A stretch of 18,398 nt of DNA from a virus: the UHGV virus genome UHGV-0313708; one strand, 5' to 3'. The notes below the pieces were generated by a model, which had not been told where the DNA came from, made no database searches, and saw only the letters and a program-made list of their open reading frames with translations. Every line of letters begins with the position of its first letter. Within the stretch, counting starts at the first letter, position 1. Positions 7,473 through 15,369 of this stretch are shown here, in pieces. The position numbers and the translations under genes were made by a program.

Positions 7473-9239
7473 ATGGCAGATAGAAAACTGACACATTTTA
7501 AATTTTTCTATAATACACCACTGACAGATTATCAGAATACAATTCACTTTCCATCAAATGCAGCACGTGATCATTATTTTTTAAATGAAAATCACTTTTA
7601 TGCGATTGATTACAAAAATATACCATTTAATTTTATACGTGATAGAAATATGGTCAATCTTGAACAAATGTCATGGCAAGACGCACAGGGTATCAATTAT
7701 TGTTCATTTAAGTCTGATTTTGAAGATAGACGTTATTATGCGTTTGTCAATCAAATTGAATATGTCAATGATCATGTGACGCGTATGTATTTAGTTATTG
7801 ATACAGTCATGACTTACACACAGGGCAATGTATTATCTACCGTTCAAAATGCGTTTGTTGAACGTCAACATTTACCACGTGATGTCTATAATTATTTGTT
7901 ACCATCACTGAGAAATAATGATGATGTTATTAAAGCCAGTAACAAATACTATTTAAATAATTATCTTGAACAGTTTGGTGGTAATCTTGTTTTATTCCAA
8001 TCAAGTGCTGATTTATCTAAAAAATTTGGTACTAAAAAAGAACCAAACTTAGAATCTTCAAAAGGGATTACTTACGATTACATTACAAGTCCAGTTAATT
8101 TATATGTCATGAATCGTGAGGATTTTAATAACTTTATGGATAAAATGAGTAAATATCCATGGATTACACAAAACTTTCAAAAAATCATATTAATACCTGC
8201 AACATTTATTAATAAAGATGATTTAGAAGCAGTCAAAACACAAGAAGATATAAAAGGATTAATGACACTTAAAAATGATAAATTATCTAATGAGTGGGAA
8301 TTAAAAGAATTACGTGTACCATTTGAACGATTGCAATATATGTTAAATAGTAATCAAGATGAATTAAAACATTTAGTGAGAAATGAATATTTAACGATTG
8401 AAATATATTCATGGAATGGTGACAGTTTACTACTTGATGCAGGAAAAATAACAGAAAGAACAGGTGTTAAATTAAAAACAAAATCTATTATTGGATATCA
8501 TAACGAGGTACGTATTTATCCAGTAGATTATAACAGTGCACCTAATGAAAAACCAATCAAAGCAAGTGATAATTCAATATTAATAGATACAGGTTCATTC
8601 TTAAATACTGCTATTACATTTGATAGCTTTGCTGAAGTCCCTATTTTGATTGATAATGGATTACTTGCTCAATCACAACAAGCTAATAAACAAAAAAATG
8701 CACAAAGTAATTTAATATCTAGCAGAATCAATAATGTTGTGGGTGGTAATGATTTGAAATCAAGATTTTATGACGCCGTAAGCATTGGATCTAATCTTTC
8801 ACCAACGGCATTATTTTCAAAATTTAATGATGAGTATAATTACTATAAAGAATTACGAGCAGAATATAAAGATTTAGCATTACAACCCCCTACTGTGACA
8901 AGTTCACAAATGGGAAATGCGTTCCAAATTGCAAATAGTATTAATGGATTAACAATGAAAATCGGTGTACCAGCGCCCTATGACATGGATAATATTCAAC
9001 GTTATTATTTCATGTTAGGTTTTGAAACAAACGACCAAGCAGGCACACCGTTTCCAATTGATTCATGGACGGTATGCAATTATTTAAGAATGAGAGGCAC
9101 ATATAACATTGACGGTATTGACCCTATGCTTTTAGAACAATTGAAAGTATTACTTGAAACGGGTGTCAGATTTTGGCATAACGACGGAACAAACAATCCA
9201 ATGGCACAAAATGTATTTAAAAATAAATTTAGAAAGTAG
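7473..9239 (+). CDS. Tail knob (distal tube) protein, phi29 gp9-like, 588 aa
   Basis: RBS TAAGGAGG. Size is close to phi29 gp9 (599 aa). The N-terminal pattern YKN...YYAFVNQIEYVND..TRMYLVIDTVMTY parallels phi29 gp9 YKNTRWF...[29 protein letters not shown]. Confidence 0.7.
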   Translation: MADRKLTHFKFFYNTPLTDYQNTIHFPSNAARDHYFLNENHFYAIDYKNIPFNFIRDRNMVNLEQMSWQDAQGINYCSFKSDFEDRRYYAFVNQIEYVNDHVTRMYLVIDTVMTYTQGNVLSTVQNAFVERQHLPRDVYNYLLPSLRNNDDVIKASNKYYLNNYLEQFGGNLVLFQSSADLSKKFGTKKEPNLESSKGITYDYITSPVNLYVMNREDFNNFMDKMSKYPWITQNFQKIILIPATFINKDDLEAVKTQEDIKGLMTLKNDKLSNEWELKELRVPFERLQYMLNSNQDELKHLVRNEYLTIEIYSWNGDSLLLDAGKITERTGVKLKTKSIIGYHNEVRIYPVDYNSAPNEKPIKASDNSILIDTGSFLNTAITFDSFAEVPILIDNGLLAQSQQANKQKNAQSNLISSRINNVVGGNDLKSRFYDAVSIGSNLSPTALFSKFNDEYNYYKELRAEYKDLALQPPTVTSSQMGNAFQIANSINGLTMKIGVPAPYDMDNIQRYYFMLGFETNDQAGTPFPIDSWTVCNYLRMRGTYNIDGIDPMLLEQLKVLLETGVRFWHNDGTNNPMAQNVFKNKFRK

Positions 9240-9247
9240 GATATTTA

Positions 9248-9658
9248 ATGGAACAAAAAGGTGAAATCAATGTACAATACACACAAACGGATATTTTTCA
9301 TACATTTATCTATGCAGGTGATTTAAAATTACTCTATTTTTTAATGATATTAATGTGTGTTGATATTATTACAGGTTTAGCAAAGGCATTTAAAAATAAA
9401 AATTTATGGAGTAGAAAATCAATGTATGGATTCGGTCGTAAAATACTTGTTTTCTGTATTATTATTTTAGCAAATATTATCGATCAAATTTTAAACTTAA
9501 ATAATGGATTATTAATGGTAACAATATTTTTCTATATTGCTAATGAGGGATTATCTATTATTGAAAACTGTGCAGAAATGGGGGTTCTTATTCCAGATGA
9601 AATAGGTGAAAAATTAAAAGTGATACGTGGAAAAAAAGAGGGTGGAAAAGATGAATGA
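9248..9658 (+). CDS. Holin (phi29 gp14-like, three predicted TM helices), 136 aa
   Basis: Hydrophobic segments LLYFLMILMCVDIITGLAKAF, ILVFCIIILANIIDQIL and LLMVTIFFYIANEGLSII are followed by a charged C-terminus (KKEGGKDE). Size and topology match class-I holins. Confidence 0.7.
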   Translation: MEQKGEINVQYTQTDIFHTFIYAGDLKLLYFLMILMCVDIITGLAKAFKNKNLWSRKSMYGFGRKILVFCIIILANIIDQILNLNNGLLMVTIFFYIANEGLSIIENCAEMGVLIPDEIGEKLKVIRGKKEGGKDE

Positions 9659-11069
9659 TAAAGAAAAAATTGATAAGTTTATACATTCCAATTTAAATGA
9701 TGATTTTGGGTTAAGTGTTGATGATTTAGTCGGAAAAGTTAAGGGTATAGGTCGATTTTCTGCATGGTGTGGAAATAGTTCAACTAAAATTAAGCAAGTC
9801 CTTAATGCAGTTAAAAGCATTGGAGTTTCACCTGCCCTTTTTGCAGCATATGAAAAAAATGAGGGATATAATGGTAGTTGGGGTTGGTTAAACCATACAT
9901 CACCACAGGGCAATTATTTAACCGATGCACAATTTGTTGCACGTAAACTTGTGTCACAATCACGTCAAGCAGGTACGCCAAGTTGGATAGACCAAGGGAA
10001 TCCCGTTGACTTTGTTCCTGCTAGTGTAAAAGCGAAAGGAAATTATGACTTTTCACATAATATGAAAAATGGAAAAGTAGGTCGTGCCTATATTCCATTA
10101 ACTGCTGCTGCTACATGGGCAGCATATTATCCTGAGGGATTACAAGCAAGTTATAATAGAGTTCAAACTTACGGTAATCCATTTTTAGACGCAGCAAATA
10201 CCATTTTGGGTTGGGGTGGTAAAATAGACGGTAAAGGAGGATCAAGTAGTGGTTCAAGTAGTTCTAGTAGTCCTAGTGGTGGGCTTGATGTTGTGGCACG
10301 TGCCTTTGAAGAATTTCTCAAAAAATTACAAGACAGTATGCAGTGGGATTTGCACTCTATTGGTACTGACAAATTTTTTTCAAATCAAATGTTCACGATT
10401 ACCAAAACATATAATAACACGTATCGTTTAAATATGAATCAAAAATTACTTGATGAAATGAAAGACTTAATATCAAGAATTGATGGAGGTAGTGGAAATG
10501 ATACGGGCGCTGATGATAGTGATGGTGATCATGGTGGAAAAGCTGGTAAATCCGTTGCACCTAATGGAAAAAGTGGAAGAAAAATAGGTGGTAACTGGAC
10601 TTATTCCAATTTACCACAAAAGTATAAAGATGCCATTGAAGTACCTAAATTTGATCCAAAATATTTAGCAGGTAGTCCATTTGTTAATACAGGTGATACT
10701 GGACAATGTACAGAATTGACATGGGCGTATATGCACCAAATATGGGGTAAAAGACAACCTGCATGGGATAATCAAGTCACAAATGGTCAACGTGTTTGGG
10801 TGGTATATCGTAATCAAGGCGCACGTGTGACACACCGACCAACAGTTGGCTATGGATTCAGTAGTAAACCTAATTACCTACAAGCAATGTTACCGGGTGT
10901 TGGACATACAGGTGTTGTTGTAGCAGTATTTAAAGATGGTTCATTTTTAACAGCTAACTATAACGTACCACCTTATTGGGCACCTAGTCGTGTTGTTGAA
11001 TATGCACTGATTGATGGTGTTCCTGAAAATGCAGGTGATAATATTATGTTCTTTAGTGGTATTAAATAA
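9651..11069 (+). CDS. Virion-associated tail lysin: N-terminal glycosidase-like domain, Gly/Ser linkers, C-terminal CHAP peptidase; 472 aa
   Basis: ATG 9651 is preceded by AGAGGGTGG and overlaps the holin stop (ATGAATGA). The track start 9627 lies inside the holin gene with no SD. The C-terminal CHAP signature is GDTGQCTELTWAY (Cys) ... GHTGVVVAVFKDGSFLTANYN (His/Asn). Linkers are GKGGSSSGSSSSSSPSGG and GGSGNDTGADDSDGDHGGKAGKS. Confidence 0.75.
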   Translation: MNDKEKIDKFIHSNLNDDFGLSVDDLVGKVKGIGRFSAWCGNSSTKIKQVLNAVKSIGVSPALFAAYEKNEGYNGSWGWLNHTSPQGNYLTDAQFVARKLVSQSRQAGTPSWIDQGNPVDFVPASVKAKGNYDFSHNMKNGKVGRAYIPLTAAATWAAYYPEGLQASYNRVQTYGNPFLDAANTILGWGGKIDGKGGSSSGSSSSSSPSGGLDVVARAFEEFLKKLQDSMQWDLHSIGTDKFFSNQMFTITKTYNNTYRLNMNQKLLDEMKDLISRIDGGSGNDTGADDSDGDHGGKAGKSVAPNGKSGRKIGGNWTYSNLPQKYKDAIEVPKFDPKYLAGSPFVNTGDTGQCTELTWAYMHQIWGKRQPAWDNQVTNGQRVWVVYRNQGARVTHRPTVGYGFSSKPNYLQAMLPGVGHTGVVVAVFKDGSFLTANYNVPPYWAPSRVVEYALIDGVPENAGDNIMFFSGIK

Positions 11070-11075
11070 ATTTTA

Positions 11076-11084
11076 TGCTATAAT
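11076..11084 (+). promoter_or_regulatory. Extended -10 element TGcTATAAT immediately after the tail-lysin stop codon
   Basis: Perfect TGnTATAAT at 11076-11084. The predicted TSS at about 11091 is 75-105 nt upstream of the bidirectional terminator. Confidence 0.4.
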
Positions 11085-11163
11085 ATAAGTATGCTAGATA
11101 TTCTAGTAAATAAACAACAAAACATAATCCGTATGGCAAACGATACTTGTCACTATACCTCGT

Positions 11164-11198
11164 AAAAAAGACGCTACTATGATGTAGCGTCATTTTTT
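11164..11198. terminator. Bidirectional intrinsic terminator between the convergent late (+) and early (-) gene blocks
   Basis: Stem GACGCTAC (11170-11177) / GTAGCGTC (11184-11191), loop TATGAT, flanked by AAAAAA (11164-11169) and TTTTTT (11193-11198). The DNA polymerase stop codon lies inside the stem. Confidence 0.7.
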
Positions 11199-13471
11199 AT
11201 ATCTTTATGAACCATATATAATATGTTTATATCACATTTATTTTTAATTTCAAATTGATATGGAAATAAGTCACTAAATGAAAAAGCACCTACTTCACTC
11301 TCTATATATAATATATCATCATCATTCACATCATCATATTCTTGTCTTGCTTGTTTTAAAACATCTTCTTTTCTATCTTCAAGTGATTTTGTAAAGTAAA
11401 CATCATAGGGCGTACCTTTTTCTATATATGTTTTTGATGGATAAATAGAAATCGTTTTTTGTTCGTTATAAATAGATTTGTTGTTATACACAATCGCTTT
11501 ATGGTGAAAATCATTTTTAATAAAATTATCAAATGTTTGATTTTTATTAAACGCGTCTAAAGGTATACCTGCACTTGCAATTTTAATTGTGTTATCTTCT
11601 TTTTGGTAGGCATACTTTTTATGATTGAGTACATACATTTTTTTAATGACATGATTTTCTATATCCCACTTACCTAATGCAATAGGATCAAATAAATCAT
11701 TATTGATTTTATGTTTTATTTTAGATTTTAAATATAGGCTATCTGTATCACAATAGATAAAACATTCATCTATTTCAGATTGTGTTAATGATTGCAAGGG
11801 TTCAAGTAAATTATAAAGGGCTTGTGACGTTACAAAAGTAGAAAATAATAAATTACGTTCACTGTTTTTGTAACCATTTTCATGATTAACAATAAAACCA
11901 TCTTCATCACGTCTAAACAAATTAAAATGTGAACGTAATGCAGGTATACCATAAAGACCATTTAAAACAACTTTACTTAACATGATTTCTTCTTTGGAAT
12001 AGGTGTGTGTATTGACTTCATCTGTAATTTTATAATCATAAGGTGAATTCATAATGATTTTTTTATCCAGTTTTCCCTGTGTTTTTATAAAATAATTATG
12101 ATGAATAATATCACGTGCACCAAAATATTCACATTCATAGCACACAAAAGCAAACACTTTTATTTTGTCAAAAGTTATACCCGTTAAATCACGAATCATG
12201 CGTAAAGTGTTTGTATTTATATTAACAAACTTTTTGTCATTATTGTAGTATTTAACTAAACATTGTTTAATTAGATCACTTTCAATATATCGTAATATGG
12301 TACGATTGAAAGTTACTTTATCCATTTTATAAAGTGAATAAACATCTCTATTATCTAACTCAACATTTATTGATGTTGGTTTTTCAAATTCATCAAAATC
12401 ATATATATACATCGGTAACTTTTCATGATACATCACATAAGGATAACTACTATTAATGTCAATTGAAAAACATTCCTCATCAATAATTGTATCAAGGTAA
12501 CGTGAATTATACATATTTAATCCACCACGATAGAATCCTTTTATAAAATCGTAAAAGTTCATATCAAAGAACGTGAAGTCGGTATATGATATTTTTTGTT
12601 TACCTTTTTTATTTAATAGCTGCAATCGTGTTTTTTCATTATTAATATAGCTTTTCATAATATTTACACTAAAAGTCATAGCACTATAATCAAAATTAGG
12701 AAATATATCACTATAATGTATGTGACACATACCCAAAATAATCACGTCGTTTCTAATATAGGTCATTTGTGATTCTGTAAGTTGATGAAAACATTCATAA
12801 GCATAAGCATAGGCTTGTTGATCTGTCATATCATGTTCAACATCAAACACATCATATTGAAAATCAGTTTTTAATTCATCTTCACTAATATAGCCACCGT
12901 CTTTGAGCTTTTTACCTAATGTAGCGATTGATGTATTTGTTTTCATAAAATTATCTATAATATTAAATTTAAATCCTTTTAAATACATCATTAAATCTAA
13001 ATTGATACTTGATTTAACACGTTTTTCTAATATAACATTGGTTTCTTTAGATAATAATTTTGCTTCATTAATATTAATTGTGTTTGAATTATCATCAGCA
13101 CTTTTCATATATAAATTTTCAATAATCAGATCATCACCAAAAAAATTTTGTGTATCATGTAGTAAAAAGTGATTATCATATTTGTTACAGTTATGTGCTA
13201 TCATGTTGATTGTTGTTTTTGATTTAGTAATGGTATCACGTCTTTTTGCATAATCAAAAAAAGATTGATAAAAGGCTTTAAAACTAGGAAAAACTTCAAC
13301 ATCAATATGTTGTCCATCATACCAACCAATTGCAACACTGTATGTCACGTTTTTATATTTAGTAGGTTTTTGTCTACCTGCAATTTTATTATAGTTTAAT
13401 GTTTCTATATCCCAGTAAAGATACATATGCTTTTGACCTTTATGTTTTTGCATTGCTTCTAATAATCCCAT
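11177..13471 (-). CDS. Protein-primed family-B DNA polymerase (phi29 gp2-like), 764 aa
   Basis: ATG preceded by GAGGTG 6 nt upstream. Exo I YWDIETLN, Exo II HNCNKYDNHFLL, Exo III YIRNDVIIL. Motif A DINSSYPYVM, motif B KVVLNGLYGIPAL, motif C YCDTDSLY, KxY KKYAYQ. Length fits polymerases carrying TPR insertions. Confidence 0.9.
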   Translation of the reverse strand: MGLLEAMQKHKGQKHMYLYWDIETLNYNKIAGRQKPTKYKNVTYSVAIGWYDGQHIDVEVFPSFKAFYQSFFDYAKRRDTITKSKTTINMIAHNCNKYDNHFLLHDTQNFFGDDLIIENLYMKSADDNSNTININEAKLLSKETNVILEKRVKSSINLDLMMYLKGFKFNIIDNFMKTNTSIATLGKKLKDGGYISEDELKTDFQYDVFDVEHDMTDQQAYAYAYECFHQLTESQMTYIRNDVIILGMCHIHYSDIFPNFDYSAMTFSVNIMKSYINNEKTRLQLLNKKGKQKISYTDFTFFDMNFYDFIKGFYRGGLNMYNSRYLDTIIDEECFSIDINSSYPYVMYHEKLPMYIYDFDEFEKPTSINVELDNRDVYSLYKMDKVTFNRTILRYIESDLIKQCLVKYYNNDKKFVNINTNTLRMIRDLTGITFDKIKVFAFVCYECEYFGARDIIHHNYFIKTQGKLDKKIIMNSPYDYKITDEVNTHTYSKEEIMLSKVVLNGLYGIPALRSHFNLFRRDEDGFIVNHENGYKNSERNLLFSTFVTSQALYNLLEPLQSLTQSEIDECFIYCDTDSLYLKSKIKHKINNDLFDPIALGKWDIENHVIKKMYVLNHKKYAYQKEDNTIKIASAGIPLDAFNKNQTFDNFIKNDFHHKAIVYNNKSIYNEQKTISIYPSKTYIEKGTPYDVYFTKSLEDRKEDVLKQARQEYDDVNDDDILYIESEVGAFSFSDLFPYQFEIKNKCDINILYMVHKDIKNDATS

Positions 13472-13495
13472 GTTCTACACCTCTAATCAAAATCC

Positions 13496-13504
13496 ATTAT
13501 ACCA
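13496..13504 (-). promoter_or_regulatory. Minus-strand extended -10 promoter (TGgTATAAT) dedicated to the DNA polymerase gene
   Basis: The minus strand reads TTTTTATATGGTATAATGGATTTTGATTAGAGGTGTAGAACATG. The -10 is 24 nt upstream of the polymerase ATG, directly after the ATPase terminator. Confidence 0.45.
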
Positions 13505-13539
13505 TATAAAAAGCAATATGTAAAAACTTTACACATTGC
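13505..13539 (-). terminator. Intrinsic terminator after the encapsidation ATPase gene (minus strand)
   Basis: The minus-strand RNA forms GCAAUGUGUAAA / UUUACAUAUUGC (12 bp with one G-U) followed by UUUUUAU. The ATPase stop codon sits in the 5' arm. Confidence 0.55.
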
Positions 13540-14788
13540 TTATAAATGATTTGACTAGATTTTTTTTGGTACGTTCAATGTAATTATCATAATACATTTT
13601 TTCTTTTTGTTCAAAAGGTTTGTATCCTTTTTTATTGCGTTCTTCTTTTAAATGATATTTAATTATTTTATTCATATTTAAATAAATGAAATCATCTTCA
13701 TTCAATATAAATGATTTACTGTAAGCATTATCAAAATGAAGATTTGAGGGATTATAATAACGTTTGGAATGATTTTCCTTATAAAAACTATCTTTTAAAA
13801 ATATTGCACCTTTTTCAACATCTGATACATCAGTACAGAATTGATAGTTTTCTGCATAAGGTACAACTTTAATATTAGTTTGATAGTCATTCAAGTGATA
13901 CATCACTTTAATAAAATTGTAAGGGGTTTTGATATAGAAAAAGTTTCCATTACTTGATATATGTGCTCTCAATTTATCATCAGCTAAATTAAAAGTATTA
14001 AAATCAAATTCACCTGTTGTCATAGAATCGTTATCAGTATTAAATGCACGTGTATTACGATTCTCATTAGAAAATTCATTACGCCTCATTTCAAGCATAA
14101 TATTACCGTATTGTCGCTTAGTATTCATAGCAAATTTTGAATGATGTTGTAACTGTTCATAAATATTTAAATTAGCAAGTAGGGGACTAGAAAAATTTAC
14201 AGCATTTCCTAATAAAACAATTTTAGGTATTTTAATATATTCAATATTGCCATGATTTCTGTCTATAGATTCATAGATCGTTTTTAACTTTTCCCACTCA
14301 TCAATTAAATAGTCACTTTCCAAAGCTAGAAATTCATCATAGATAATAATTGGAAAGTTTTTCATAAAGTTGGAATGATATTTTAAATCTGTTGCATTAT
14401 TGAGATGTGTAATAATACCTATTTCTTTATCACCATAACCAACAGCTATATAATCTTGTGTGTTTCTAAAAAATAAATCATTATCATTAAAATGTTTTTG
14501 TTCGATACAAATACGTTCTAATAATTCTCTATAAGCATCACGCAATGTGTGGTGTCTAGCAAGTAGCGTAAATTTGATGTCTAAATCAATAGCTAACTTC
14601 ATAAAAAAGGCAACATAGTTGAATGTTTTTCCGTCTGACCTATTAGATATAGAAATTAAAAAATCAATATCTAAATTCATTAAATCATCAGCAAGTTCAA
14701 TTTGGTTATATTGCTTTGGAATAGATCGTCTAAATTTAGTAACAAAGTTTTGATATTCTTTAACTTCATTCAGTCGTGACTTTTTCAT
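13529..14788 (-). CDS. DNA encapsidation (packaging) ATPase, phi29 gp16-like, 419 aa from ATG 14788
   Basis: ATG at 14788 is preceded by AAGGAGGG 5-6 nt upstream. The track start 14839 is a TTG without SD. Deviant Walker A SNRSDGKT parallels phi29 GARGIGKS; Walker B IIIYDEF parallels phi29 TIVFDEF; LGNAVNFSSPLL parallels phi29 LSNAVSVVNPYF. Confidence 0.85.
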   Translation of the reverse strand: MKKSRLNEVKEYQNFVTKFRRSIPKQYNQIELADDLMNLDIDFLISISNRSDGKTFNYVAFFMKLAIDLDIKFTLLARHHTLRDAYRELLERICIEQKHFNDNDLFFRNTQDYIAVGYGDKEIGIITHLNNATDLKYHSNFMKNFPIIIYDEFLALESDYLIDEWEKLKTIYESIDRNHGNIEYIKIPKIVLLGNAVNFSSPLLANLNIYEQLQHHSKFAMNTKRQYGNIMLEMRRNEFSNENRNTRAFNTDNDSMTTGEFDFNTFNLADDKLRAHISSNGNFFYIKTPYNFIKVMYHLNDYQTNIKVVPYAENYQFCTDVSDVEKGAIFLKDSFYKENHSKRYYNPSNLHFDNAYSKSFILNEDDFIYLNMNKIIKYHLKEERNKKGYKPFEQKEKMYYDNYIERTKKNLVKSFISNV

Positions 14789-14846
14789 GTTGTCCCTCCT
14801 TACTTGAATAATAATCAATAATATCTTGAATGTTTTCAAACATATT

Positions 14847-15359
14847 TTAACCTACCTGTCTGACGTAATAAACCACGTTATATTTAACTTGTTTTTTATT
14901 GACAATATCTGCTACTTTCGTTGCTTCTGCAAGTTCTTCAAATAGCTTTTCCGTTGATTTAATAAAGTGTGATATTTCTTGTGAACCATCATTTTCTTTG
15001 ACTGATTCTTGGAATAGGTGACGTTTGTGCATATTACCTTTTTCTTCCCATTCATAGTCAAGTTGTTTATATACATTTTCTATATTGGTCAATTTTTCTT
15101 GATTCTTACCACTGACTAAACTTTTTGCATCATTGTAACCTATCTTTTTTGGTTTAGGTAATTTAACTTTTCCTTTTTCTACAAATAGATTATTAAAGTA
15201 ATTATACTCATGTATATATTCTTTTTGTAACTCCTCATCATCAAATAAAAATGTAAATCCATCACGTTCATAGGTTGATTTATTTTTTGTTGTTGATTCT
15301 CTAAAAGCATTTGAACGTGCAATGCGATTACTTTTATTACCTTTATTACCTTTTGCCAT
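14847..15359 (-). CDS. Basic protein, 170 aa; candidate terminal protein (priming protein) - unverified
   Basis: ATG preceded by GAGGTG 6 nt upstream. The N-terminus is very basic (MAKGNKGNKSNRIARSNAFRESTTKNK). It lies in the replication/packaging operon upstream of the ATPase and DNA polymerase. Protein-primed genomes need a terminal protein and no other ORF is an obvious candidate. Confidence 0.35.
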   Translation of the reverse strand: MAKGNKGNKSNRIARSNAFRESTTKNKSTYERDGFTFLFDDEELQKEYIHEYNYFNNLFVEKGKVKLPKPKKIGYNDAKSLVSGKNQEKLTNIENVYKQLDYEWEEKGNMHKRHLFQESVKENDGSQEISHFIKSTEKLFEELAEATKVADIVNKKQVKYNVVYYVRQVG

Positions 15360-15369
15360 TGACTACACC

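Noticed and set aside
6668-10431. Embedded ORFs 6668..6949(-), 7032..7250(-), 7238..7420(+), 7585..7779(+), 9614..9913(-), 10169..10372(-), 10249..10431(+)
   Set aside because: Antisense or out-of-frame within the tail-tip, knob, holin and tail-lysin genes. 10169/10249 fall on the Ser/Gly linker DNA, which reads open in several frames.
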